From: a virus
Taxonomy: Duplodnaviria > Caudoviricetes
Virus record (IMG/VR): IMGVR_UViG_2617271113_000004
Span: 127,053-191,052 of that record
Direction: 5' to 3' (one strand)
DNA length: 64,000 bases
Below, in pieces: positions 28,000-37,190 of this stretch. Below the pieces are notes generated by a model. The model ran no database searches. It was not told the origin of the DNA and saw only the letters and a list, made by a program, of their open reading frames with translations. The position numbers were made by a program, and so were the translations under genes. Every line of letters starts with the position of its first letter. Positions within the stretch are counted from its first letter, which is position 1.

Positions 28000-28857
28000 A
28001 TGAATGATATCTTACGATTCATTGGTGTTACAAAAGATGCTCTGACAGCTGGTCCTGGTAAGCGATTAGAGCTATTTACAAAAGGGTGTATACGAGGAGT
28101 GGTTAGCCCATGCGAGGGATGTTTTAACAGCATTACTTGGTCATTTGAAGGGAAATATAAAACATATCGTATTCAAGAATTAGTTGATATGATATCTAAA
28201 GATGCATGGAATAGACAAGTTACTTTCTGTGGAGGTGAGCCGATACTTCAAGCTAGAACTCTAACAGAAGTAGCAAAGCAATTAAAGAAGATAGATCCAA
28301 CATTTCATTTTGTCATGTATACTATGTATAAATTAGATGTCCTCATGAAGTATGGGTTGAACTTCACATGGGTGAAAGAGAAGCATGAGCAAGCAATGCT
28401 TAAACAGCTAATGGATTATTCATCTTCTTACGATATACAAGCGTTTGATGAAGATCACAATCCTACAAGAGTAAAATATACAATTTTAACTCCAGAAGAT
28501 GTAAAAGAGCTTATGCGTTACATTGATATTATCGTAGATGGAGAATATAAGCATGAACTTCGCCTAACTACAGCAGAATATATGCATGATGGTGGTTTTA
28601 TCGGTTCTTCGAATCAACGTGTTATCTATGGTCCAAATACCATGAGACAATATGATATTTATAAAAATTTAGGAGAAAATTATGATTTAATTTTTCATTA
28701 CTCTGATGAATACATGAAAATATATGAATCCAATCATCACTGTAAGAGCTGTGGTAAGTCTATAAAAGCTGAAGATAGTTACTGCACTCAACTTTGTGAA
28801 GCAAGATATACACAAAGAAAGGAAAACATGAAATTAATTAGTAATGAGGGGGTATGA
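28000..28857 (+). CDS. NrdG-like radical SAM activase with C-terminal Zn ribbon
   Basis: GPG.R, Cx7Cx2C, GGEP, DIIVDG, GSSNQR, CKSC..C..LC. Confidence 0.82.
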   Translation: MNDILRFIGVTKDALTAGPGKRLELFTKGCIRGVVSPCEGCFNSITWSFEGKYKTYRIQELVDMISKDAWNRQVTFCGGEPILQARTLTEVAKQLKKIDPTFHFVMYTMYKLDVLMKYGLNFTWVKEKHEQAMLKQLMDYSSSYDIQAFDEDHNPTRVKYTILTPEDVKELMRYIDIIVDGEYKHELRLTTAEYMHDGGFIGSSNQRVIYGPNTMRQYDIYKNLGENYDLIFHYSDEYMKIYESNHHCKSCGKSIKAEDSYCTQLCEARYTQRKENMKLISNEGV

Positions 28858-28860
28858 AGC

Positions 28861-29721
28861 ATGGACATTGAAATAACAAGTTTTGATCCATCTAGAGTAA
28901 ATTTATTAAATGTTTCATCGGAATATGTTTTTAATCTGCCAGCAAAAGAAGAATTACGTATTGAATTTACTTTAGAATATATTCATGATGCTATGATTCA
29001 GTTAAAAGCAGTTCAAAAAGATCTAGATGTAACATCTTGCTACAACTTTCCAGAAAAAGAATTTTATAATATATTATCGGAGTCATTTTATAGCTCCAGA
29101 AATAGTAAAAAATCACATTTGTTTTCTGATCATGCTATTTTTAAGTATGCCAAGAATAAATTGATGGATGATATTATTCTATGTATGAATCAAAATAACA
29201 CTTCTGATTATCTGCTCGGATTTAGTTCCTCTATTCATATGCAAAAGGGGTTAGGATTGGTACAGAATCAAACGAAGGAAGAAATTGCAACCTTTGAGGA
29301 TCTATTCCTTTCCTTAGAGGATAATGGTCATCCTAAAGTTGAATTCAATCATATTATAACTCTTAATGGATCCATTGAGTGGCTAGTTAATTCTAATCAT
29401 TCGTTTATATTCTTTGATTTAGAAAGAAATCAGTTGCTAACTTTTAATAATTTTCATGATTCAAATGCTGATAATTCAAATTTAGAAGTTACTGATTTCT
29501 CTGTAACAAGAGAACCGTTTCCACAGAATCATAATAGATATCGTTTTATTAAAGAGCAGCAAGAGGAAAAGAGCATGATCCTGGGTCTAGATTTAAATAA
29601 TCCACTAAACCATAGCAAATACTTAGAATTTAAGAATAAACGTATCAACATAATTTCAAATTTTAAAGACAAAATGCGAAAAGAAGAAATTTACAATGAG
29701 TTTGCTGATATTGAATTATAA
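28861..29721 (+). CDS. hypothetical protein
   Basis: 286-aa ORF in operon. Confidence 0.7.
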   Translation: MDIEITSFDPSRVNLLNVSSEYVFNLPAKEELRIEFTLEYIHDAMIQLKAVQKDLDVTSCYNFPEKEFYNILSESFYSSRNSKKSHLFSDHAIFKYAKNKLMDDIILCMNQNNTSDYLLGFSSSIHMQKGLGLVQNQTKEEIATFEDLFLSLEDNGHPKVEFNHIITLNGSIEWLVNSNHSFIFFDLERNQLLTFNNFHDSNADNSNLEVTDFSVTREPFPQNHNRYRFIKEQQEEKSMILGLDLNNPLNHSKYLEFKNKRINIISNFKDKMRKEEIYNEFADIEL

Positions 29722-29735
29722 AAGGGGGAACTAAT

Positions 29736-31361
29736 ATGCATACAACAAATGAATTAAGTGGTATAGACGAAATCAATATGCTAATTAGCGCAAGAAGAAA
29801 GGCCATTCTAATTGAAACTTATGAAGAGCAACGAGTTCAAAAAGATTTAAAAGAAATCATTACAAATAGACAAATGGGAGCGGTAACTTGGTCCATTACA
29901 GGTGGTGGTTTTGACTTAATAGAAGAAACTAAAAGTGAAAAATTTAACTTTTCGGACCCAATTAAGCTTATGAATGCAATTAAAAATTCTGAAGAACAGA
30001 ATGTATTTATCTTGAAAGACTTTCACGATATTTGGACAAATTATCAAGCTAAGCGTGCTTTAAGGGATGTATTAGAAAAAAATGATGAAGTATATAAGCC
30101 AATTATTTTTTTGTCTCCATTCATAAGTATACCTGCAGAGTTGGAAAAATTAATTACAACAGTTCGTTATGAACTTCCAAGCAGAGCACAAGTTATCGAG
30201 CAGCTTGAAGGTTTGAATAACTTTTTAATTACTAACGACTTGCCTGTTGCTGAGGGACGAGAACGTGAGGCAATTATTCACTCACTAGTAGGTATGACAA
30301 AAACTGAAATTAATAATGTGTTGAAGAAATCTGTATCTAAGCATAAAAAAATTTCGCTCGAAGAAATTACCGCTGAAAAAGAGCAGGTTATTCGTAAAAC
30401 TGGTTTGTTGGAATACATTACAAAACTAGGAGATATGAAAAATGTTGGTGGAATGGATATCTTTAAAGACTGGATATCTGACGCATACTATGCATTTGCT
30501 CCTGAAGCAAGAGAGTATAATATTGATCCTGCCAGAGGGGTTATAATGGCCGGGTTCCCTGGGTCAGGTAAGAGTCTAAGTGCAAAGTCATTAGCAAATT
30601 CATGGAACTTACCTTTACTTAAAATGAATATGAGCCAAATTATGGACTCAAAGGTTGGTCAATCTGAAAAGAATATTGATCGTGCCCTTAAACTTGCAGA
30701 AGACGTTTCTCCATGTGTTTTATGGATTGATGAGTTAGAAAAAGGCTTAAGTGGAATTAGCTCATCAGATAAAAGTGATTCAGGAACACTTTCAAGAGTG
30801 GTACAATCTCTTTTAACTTGGCTTTCAGATAAAGTAGCACCTGTATTTGTTGTAGCAACAGCAAATGACATTACAAATCTCCCTCCCGAGTTAACAAGAG
30901 CAGGACGATTTGATGAAATTTTCTTTGTTTCTATTCCTTCTCCAGAAGAGAGGAAAGATATTCTATCCATTCATTTAAAGAAGCGTGGATATGAAATTTC
31001 GGAACAAGCTGAACTTGCAATAAATGAATTTCCAGACTACACCCTAGCTGAAATAGCAGAAGAAATGGATGGTTTTACAGGAGCAGAAATTGAGCAAGTT
31101 GTTGCTGAAGCAGGAAGACGTGCTTATGCAGAATATAAAAAGGAAATTCGTGATATGCATTACATGACAAAAGATGATTTAATTTCTCAAGCAGCTAAAA
31201 CAATTCCTATGAGCAGGAGAAATAATGAAGTTCTCTATAATCTTCGAGAATGGGCAAAAGAAGCTGCAAAATGCGCTTCATCTTTTGAACACGACATCAT
31301 TCATCATAAAAATGGAACAAATAAAAACAAAATCATTGAATTTGATGATATTGAAATTTAA
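29736..31361 (+). CDS. Ycf46-like AAA+ ATPase
   Basis: LKDFH N-domain, GFPGSGKS, LWIDE, VATAN, LPPELTRAGRFD, LREWA. Confidence 0.92.
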   Translation: MHTTNELSGIDEINMLISARRKAILIETYEEQRVQKDLKEIITNRQMGAVTWSITGGGFDLIEETKSEKFNFSDPIKLMNAIKNSEEQNVFILKDFHDIWTNYQAKRALRDVLEKNDEVYKPIIFLSPFISIPAELEKLITTVRYELPSRAQVIEQLEGLNNFLITNDLPVAEGREREAIIHSLVGMTKTEINNVLKKSVSKHKKISLEEITAEKEQVIRKTGLLEYITKLGDMKNVGGMDIFKDWISDAYYAFAPEAREYNIDPARGVIMAGFPGSGKSLSAKSLANSWNLPLLKMNMSQIMDSKVGQSEKNIDRALKLAEDVSPCVLWIDELEKGLSGISSSDKSDSGTLSRVVQSLLTWLSDKVAPVFVVATANDITNLPPELTRAGRFDEIFFVSIPSPEERKDILSIHLKKRGYEISEQAELAINEFPDYTLAEIAEEMDGFTGAEIEQVVAEAGRRAYAEYKKEIRDMHYMTKDDLISQAAKTIPMSRRNNEVLYNLREWAKEAAKCASSFEHDIIHHKNGTNKNKIIEFDDIEI

Positions 31362-31364
31362 GAG

Positions 31365-31763
31365 GTGAGTGTCATGTCGTTTAACCCAAAAGAAGAAAAG
31401 ATGAGAATATACGAAATGCTCTCAGAGGCTTCTGTAGAGAATTATAATTATTCTAAGAATGAACTGTTTTATCAGTCTATAGACTTTGCACTTAGTGAAT
31501 ACAAAGAATTAGCATTAGCGTTCGATAGTTTTTTTAAATCCATTGATCACTTGATCATTTTCAGAGAAATGATGGAATCAAATTTAAAAACAGACACAGC
31601 TAATCAACTAAAAAATTTAAAAATGCTCATTGAGAAGAATTACGATCAGCGTGAGTTAGAAAAGATGCCAACTTCTGTATATAATCAAGTCTTAGATGTT
31701 CAGAAGCAGCGAGCTGATTTACTTAAAAAAGTAGCTCAAACATATCTAAGTGCAAAGAAATAA
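31365..31763 (+). CDS. hypothetical protein
   Basis: ORF in operon. Confidence 0.65.
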   Translation: MSVMSFNPKEEKMRIYEMLSEASVENYNYSKNELFYQSIDFALSEYKELALAFDSFFKSIDHLIIFREMMESNLKTDTANQLKNLKMLIEKNYDQRELEKMPTSVYNQVLDVQKQRADLLKKVAQTYLSAKK

Positions 31764-31826
31764 TTCGAAATAAGTAGCATTAAGCTCTTATTATAAATTT
31801 TATTTTAATTAAGGAGGAATACATTT

Positions 31827-32219
31827 ATGAGTCATTTTGCAACTTATGAATGCAAGGTATCTAATTTAGATTTTATTAAGGCAGGGTTACAAGAAATGGG
31901 ACTTTCTTTTAAAGAAAATACCACAATTAAAGATTGGTATGGTCAAGCACGTCATTCCAAACTAGCCGTAGTAAGTGAAGATGGGAGGTTGCTTCCTCTT
32001 GGTTGGGTAGAAAATCAAGAGACAAAAACTCTAGAATTACAAGCAGACTGGTTTAAAGTTCCTTTCTCTGAAAAAGATTTCACTAATAGAATTTCCCAAC
32101 ACCACTCTAAATATCAAGTATTTCAGGCATGTCAAGAAAATCGTTGGGACTATAATATGAGTGATCTTACTATGAATGAAAATGGAGAATTTGAATTAGT
32201 TGCAACCCAATTTAATTGA
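31827..32219 (+). CDS. DUF1257 (Ycf35-like) protein
   Basis: MSHF start, L..MG, L.ADW; typical Ycf46 partner. Confidence 0.8.
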   Translation: MSHFATYECKVSNLDFIKAGLQEMGLSFKENTTIKDWYGQARHSKLAVVSEDGRLLPLGWVENQETKTLELQADWFKVPFSEKDFTNRISQHHSKYQVFQACQENRWDYNMSDLTMNENGEFELVATQFN

Positions 32220-32277
32220 TTGAATATTGAGCGGTGTAATGCCGCTCATACATATTCAAAACAGGGAGAGTAATAAA

Positions 32278-32559
32278 ATGCTTTTAACGTTTATTTTATT
32301 TACCAGCATTGCATCAATAGCAACTATTGCTCCAGTGTATAAAATTCGTAAACTTTTAGCACGTCTATTTTATATTCCGATTATTGGATGGATTTTCAGT
32401 ATTAGTTATGGTTTAGCAGTAAGTTGGGTTCTGTTAACAATCTTTTCATTTTCTTCAAGTACTGCTGGATTATCTAACTTAACAGCTACTTTAATTTTTT
32501 CAGGTTGGCTGTACTTTGAACATAAAAAACTAACTAATAAGCGTAGTAAATTAGCTTAA
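32278..32559 (+). CDS. small membrane protein
   Basis: GGGAG RBS; three hydrophobic segments. Confidence 0.65.
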   Translation: MLLTFILFTSIASIATIAPVYKIRKLLARLFYIPIIGWIFSISYGLAVSWVLLTIFSFSSSTAGLSNLTATLIFSGWLYFEHKKLTNKRSKLA

Positions 32560-32576
32560 TTTAAAGGAGAATAATC

Positions 32577-32996
32577 ATGGAAGGAAGTCCGATTTTATAC
32601 TATGCTTCAAAAGCATATGAGTACAATCACGGAAAAGAACAATTAGTGAAAGATAGAGGAGAAGATATTACAAATTCAAACGGAATTGTAATGCATTTTT
32701 CTCAGGAACATTTAAGTATGATCAATAAAGAACTTAAAGAACTTCATAACCTAAGAACTAATACTTTATCCATAAAGGCACCAAATCTTATTATATTTAT
32801 GGAGGGTGGCGTCATTCAGGATATAAAATCTGATAAATATACAAATGTAGTTGTAGTAGATGCAGATATAGATGACATTCCTACAGAAGAACTTACTTCT
32901 ATCGATAATGAAGAGTCCTATGTTTACCGTCCTTTGAGTACAGATGACATTAATCCGGAATTTGTTAATCAAATTCTTAGACAAGCAAATATCTAA
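32577..32996 (+). CDS. hypothetical protein
   Basis: EGGVIQ.I...VVVVD.D motif, RBS. Confidence 0.65.
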   Translation: MEGSPILYYASKAYEYNHGKEQLVKDRGEDITNSNGIVMHFSQEHLSMINKELKELHNLRTNTLSIKAPNLIIFMEGGVIQDIKSDKYTNVVVVDADIDDIPTEELTSIDNEESYVYRPLSTDDINPEFVNQILRQANI

Positions 32997-33152
32997 TTTT
33001 ATGGGAGATACTACATGTTTTACATGAAATTTGAACCAAAAGTGATGTAGAAGCTATCTTAGCTTATGCCAAAGAATGGGACAAAGCTGACCGCCCAACA
33101 CTATTAGAGGAAACAGACTTTTTCCAAATTAAATAAAAAAGGAGACGATTAG

Positions 33153-33359
33153 ATGTCACAACATAAAGTGAAATTTATAATAGCACCAGGTGGAGAAATT
33201 AATATGGAAGTATTGAATGGTGAAGGTGAATCTTGTGTGGAAGCAACAAAAGATTTAGAAGTATCATTAGCTAATGCTGGTAGCAAGACAGATGAAGGTA
33301 AGAAGCCTGAGTATTATGAAGGCGGCGGGGGTATATCTGTATTTAATGATTTAAACTAG
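33153..33359 (+). CDS. DUF2997 protein
   Basis: F.I..G.I.MEV....G.SC..AT..LE..L...KPEYY. Confidence 0.82.
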   Translation: MSQHKVKFIIAPGGEINMEVLNGEGESCVEATKDLEVSLANAGSKTDEGKKPEYYEGGGGISVFNDLN

Positions 33360-33364
33360 GAGGA

Positions 33365-33799
33365 ATGAAAATGCAGCTTGATAACTTCGAAAAATCTGTA
33401 GAAGAGTTTAGAGAGAAAGTTATTCCTAAAATTTTTAAAGCAGATCTATTGCCTGGGTATACTAGAGCAACATTAACTCAGATTGAAAAACACATTGTGC
33501 GTATTTCTAAAAAAGAAGTATCTGAGAATATTACAACCCTTTTATTTGCTTATGGAGTTATTTATGCACAAACCTTATCGAAAACAATTAAAGGAGCTCG
33601 ATGGGATTATAAGTCAATTAGTCTTGAAACCCTTCGGGTGCGTTTGCCCATAAAAGATAATAACGGTGACTCTATTTCTGTATTGCCTATTAAGAGAGTT
33701 ATAGAGCTATACAAAACCAAAGATTTAAAATTAAAGGGTCTCGTCAAACAATATGATGAGATAAGTAATGTTAATACCTTGCAAAAATCTAAAAAGTAA
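33365..33799 (+). CDS. hypothetical protein
   Basis: 144-aa ORF, RBS. Confidence 0.6.
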   Translation: MKMQLDNFEKSVEEFREKVIPKIFKADLLPGYTRATLTQIEKHIVRISKKEVSENITTLLFAYGVIYAQTLSKTIKGARWDYKSISLETLRVRLPIKDNNGDSISVLPIKRVIELYKTKDLKLKGLVKQYDEISNVNTLQKSKK

Positions 33800-33814
33800 A
33801 AAAGGGGAAAAGAA

Positions 33815-34138
33815 ATGCAAAACTTAAACACACAAGAAAAAATATATGTAAATTCAGAAATTGAAAAAAGAGGTAAAAGCATCCTACTAAGTTATTTGCT
33901 ACTAATATTTTTGGGACCCTTAGGTATTCATCGTTTTTACTTAGGTCGAGTAGGAACTGCAATAACATTGTTGTCGCTATTTTTAATTGGTCTAATAACT
34001 TCTTGGTTGTTAATAGGTTTTATTCCATTAGCTGTTGTAGGGGTATGGATTCTCGTTGATTTATTCTTAGTGCCTGGTATTGTCCGTACATTAAATGAAA
34101 AATTAGAACAACAAATTATAAAAGAACTAAAAGGTTAG
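33815..34138 (+). CDS. TM2 domain membrane protein
   Basis: KS...YLL..FLG.LGIHRFYLG, W..VDLF..P. Confidence 0.9.
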   Translation: MQNLNTQEKIYVNSEIEKRGKSILLSYLLLIFLGPLGIHRFYLGRVGTAITLLSLFLIGLITSWLLIGFIPLAVVGVWILVDLFLVPGIVRTLNEKLEQQIIKELKG

Positions 34139-34286
34139 TGAATAGGGATCCAGGCTATCTGGAGTTCCCTATTGGGTAAATAAGTTTTCTTGTTTATCCA
34201 ATAGGGAATGGTTGACTTTTGCTCTTTCAAACTAACCCTACAAATAGTAAGAAAGAGTAGCAGAAACAACTGCTAGAACAAATATA

Positions 34287-34406
34287 GCAATAGTGACGGA
34301 ATAAGTAGACGTTAGGCACTCCCTTAATGAGGCTCGCTAAGGTGAAAGGAAGAAGCTTGGGTTGGATGACCTTCACCATGTAAGGTGTAAATCCTTACCT
34401 ATTGCA
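34287..34406 (+). ncRNA. tRNA-like RNA (class II/Leu-like D arm, enlarged variable arm, atypical T loop)
   Basis: acceptor GCAATAG/CTATTGC+A; D arm ACG-GAATAAGTAGA-CGT; T arm GTAAGG-TGTAAAT-CCTTAC. Confidence 0.65.
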
Positions 34407-34431
34407 ATTTAAAAAAGGAGGGAATAGATGG

Positions 34432-34689
34432 GTGGATCATTCTTTTAGCCATACATTTTATTATTGCTTTAAAAAAGAGTTGAAAATGGCTATTGATCAT
34501 CAAACAGAACAGCCCTGTGACTGTTTCGGGCAAGTAACCATCAATTGTGATGAGCAAATACCTGAAGATAAGCTACAACTATGGCATAAATTTAAACTGC
34601 CACTTCACAGACTTGATTTAACAATGGAAGATCTTAAGCATGTAATACCAATCTCAAAAGAAGAGTATGAAAACAATCAGTTATTTTGA
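34432..34689 (+). CDS. hypothetical protein
   Basis: GGAGGG RBS, in-frame GTG; ends NQLF. Confidence 0.55.
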   Translation: MDHSFSHTFYYCFKKELKMAIDHQTEQPCDCFGQVTINCDEQIPEDKLQLWHKFKLPLHRLDLTMEDLKHVIPISKEEYENNQLF

Positions 34690-34710
34690 CAAATAGCTCT
34701 ATTTATTTAG

Positions 34711-34792
34711 AGCGTAGAGCTGAAAAATAATATATAAAAGGATGGTGAAACACCCCTGACACCGGTAGTTTCAGCATATTCAGCTCTACGCT
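34711..34792 (+). promoter_or_regulatory. structured leader upstream of thyX-like gene
   Basis: perfect 14-bp IR AGCGTAGAGCTGAA/TTCAGCTCTACGCT enclosing smaller hairpins. Confidence 0.5.
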
Positions 34793-34818
34793 GTAAGTTT
34801 AATAAGCTACATAGGAGG

Positions 34819-36441
34819 ATGGAAATGTCTAACACAAAAGAAAAGCAAACAGAAGAAACGTCTGAAGAAGTAAAAACAAATAAGGAGAAAAGTTCAGATG
34901 GGAAAAACAAATCATCAAAGCAAACTACTATTAGTGCAAAGAAAAACTCCAAAACGAGCACTAAAGAACAGAAACAACGAGACCTATCACCTTTCATTAG
35001 CAACGTGGATGGAAACGTTTATGCCATTACGAACTTACCAGAAGAATTTATTGCAACACTATTCGCATGGGTATCCCGTTCACCTAAATCATTCAAGGAA
35101 AATTTAAGCAAGGCATTAGATGAATTTCAAATCGAGGCATCTACTCACGATATTTTTAAAGGGCTAAATAAGAAAGCGAAAGATTTCCATGAAAAATGGA
35201 CAGTTGGTTATGGACACTCCTCAGTTGCAGAACACGCTGTAGCGCACGTTGGCATTGAAAAAGTATCTCGGTTAATTAGTGCGGAGTTAGAATTAAGTAA
35301 CACATTCTATAGTATTACGGAATACAGTCAACGCTATCAAAAGCCACAAAGAGGGGATTGGTATAATCCATTTGAAAAAAGTTCAGAACTGCATACTGAC
35401 TTCGAGGACTATATGAACGAGTCTTACGATGCATTCGAAACTCTCATTAAAGGTGTTTATAACCATTTAAAGAAGAAAGATAAAGACCTGCTATCTCCTC
35501 AATCAGGAAAACAATCTGATAATGAAAAATTAAAGTTGGCTTTTGAAGATGCAAGATATGTATTACCACTTGCTATGTATACACAGTTAGGTATGAGTGC
35601 AAATGGGAGAGCATGGAGGGATGGTCTGGCCACATTAGAAACCAGCAATTACCCCGAATCATTAAAACTGAAGAATGATCTAAAAACAGAAATTTCTAAA
35701 GTGTTGCCAGTTCTTTTAAAATATGCTGATGCATCGCCTTATCAACTTGGAGTTAAAAAACATATACAACAAACTTACCAGGATATTATTACTCCAGTAT
35801 CTCATGAACCTGAAGTAAGTCTTACTGGTTTAATTGACACAGAGGATTCATTGATTAAGGAAATTCTAACTACTCACTATGTTCAACATTCCTGTGTCCC
35901 TTATTCTGTAGCAGTTGGACGTGTTCTGGAAATGACTGGTGAGCAAAGAATAAAAGCCATGAAAGGCATTTTATTTAGAATGACTCACTTTGATAATCCT
36001 CCAGAAGCATTTAAAAGAGTCAAATATAACGCTGATTTGTTAGTTTCAGAGGCGAACTGGCATCAATTGCTTCGTCATAATCGTAAATCAAATTTTATTT
36101 ATAGTGATCCGACACCAATACATGGATTCATAATACCCCCCAGAATTAAGGAAGCAGGGTTATCCTATATTTTAGAGGGTATGCACAAGAAATCAATGGA
36201 GATCTTTCATAAGGTTCATGAGTCTGATATCAATAATAAGTCTCTAGCCGACTATGCTGTTTTAAACGCCCATAAAAGGCGAGTATTAGCTAATTTTGAT
36301 TTATGGGAGGCTTACCACCTTATTAATCTTAGAACCTCTGAGGAAGCACAATGGGATATTAAGCGTACGTTTAATACATTATATAACTTGATTGAACAAT
36401 ACCATCCTACCTTAATTAGTGCTGCAAAAAGAAGAAAATAA
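34819..36441 (+). CDS. thyX: FAD-dependent thymidylate synthase-like protein, tandem ThyX domains
   Basis: GH.SVAEH, SR, E.SQRY, ARYVLP, QLLRH.R, LR....AQW.I. Confidence 0.78.
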   Translation: MEMSNTKEKQTEETSEEVKTNKEKSSDGKNKSSKQTTISAKKNSKTSTKEQKQRDLSPFISNVDGNVYAITNLPEEFIATLFAWVSRSPKSFKENLSKALDEFQIEASTHDIFKGLNKKAKDFHEKWTVGYGHSSVAEHAVAHVGIEKVSRLISAELELSNTFYSITEYSQRYQKPQRGDWYNPFEKSSELHTDFEDYMNESYDAFETLIKGVYNHLKKKDKDLLSPQSGKQSDNEKLKLAFEDARYVLPLAMYTQLGMSANGRAWRDGLATLETSNYPESLKLKNDLKTEISKVLPVLLKYADASPYQLGVKKHIQQTYQDIITPVSHEPEVSLTGLIDTEDSLIKEILTTHYVQHSCVPYSVAVGRVLEMTGEQRIKAMKGILFRMTHFDNPPEAFKRVKYNADLLVSEANWHQLLRHNRKSNFIYSDPTPIHGFIIPPRIKEAGLSYILEGMHKKSMEIFHKVHESDINNKSLADYAVLNAHKRRVLANFDLWEAYHLINLRTSEEAQWDIKRTFNTLYNLIEQYHPTLISAAKRRK

Positions 36442-36489
36442 AAAAGCCTGATTACCCCTCAGGCTTCTTAGCATAAAGGAGTTTTTTTT

Positions 36490-36837
36490 ATGAAAAAAAG
36501 GGAAGTAAAAGTTGGCCAAATATTGTTTGTAGCTTCTAATATCGCTTTTAGCACTTCTAAGCCAAGTTTAAGCAATTATGTAGTTACAAAAGTTAACACT
36601 AGAAGTTTTTATGCCCATCCTACTGATGGAGATCACATTGTTAGATTTGATAAAAGGACAATGAGATCAACCTCTCATTCCTTTGAGGTGCATCAAGCAT
36701 ATTTTAGTGAAAAAGAATATAGAGATCTAGTTGATCTGTACGAAAAGAAGAATTCTTTAAGAAAAGAAATCATCGAATCAGTAAAAGACTTAGAACTAAA
36801 TAAGCTAGAAGAGATTACAGCAATCATTCAAAAATAA
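36490..36837 (+). CDS. hypothetical protein
   Basis: AAGGAG RBS. Confidence 0.65.
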   Translation: MKKREVKVGQILFVASNIAFSTSKPSLSNYVVTKVNTRSFYAHPTDGDHIVRFDKRTMRSTSHSFEVHQAYFSEKEYRDLVDLYEKKNSLRKEIIESVKDLELNKLEEITAIIQK

Positions 36838-36851
36838 AAGGAGCGGATATC

Positions 36852-37190
36852 TTGAATGAAATGAAGTTAGACCAAGTTAGTACTTATATTGATAATCTAG
36901 TCCCTAATTTACCAAGAAAAAATGGTAAGTTAGAAAGTCATATTCATTATCATTCGAATATGCGTGCAATGATTCACGATTTAATAGCAGAATCAAGAAA
37001 CAACGAATATCAAAAGAAACAAATTGCTTTATATGAACTAACATTTATGAAATTAGATGCATTAGTTGATCATTGTCGGTATTCACCAGATGGGAAAGTT
37101 AATTCTGAATGGATAACAGATCAAGTATGCAATTTATTATCTGAGGCAGAACAAAATATTGATATATTAAGGGAGTATAAATATGAGTAG
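36852..37190 (+). CDS. hypothetical protein
   Basis: AGGAG RBS, TTG start. Confidence 0.6.
   Translation: MNEMKLDQVSTYIDNLVPNLPRKNGKLESHIHYHSNMRAMIHDLIAESRNNEYQKKQIALYELTFMKLDALVDHCRYSPDGKVNSEWITDQVCNLLSEAEQNIDILREYKYE

Noticed and set aside
33015-33135. Small gene before DUF2997
   Set aside because: RBS-linked frame stops after 11 codons; likely frameshifted remnant
34287-34406. Functional tRNA-Leu(TAA) or ochre suppressor
   Set aside because: No TTC in T loop, no D-loop GG, no U33 in the best fold, 6-bp T stem; kept only as tRNA-like
34711-34792. Hammerhead ribozyme or purine riboswitch
   Set aside because: No CUGANGA core; purine-riboswitch elements not in the required order
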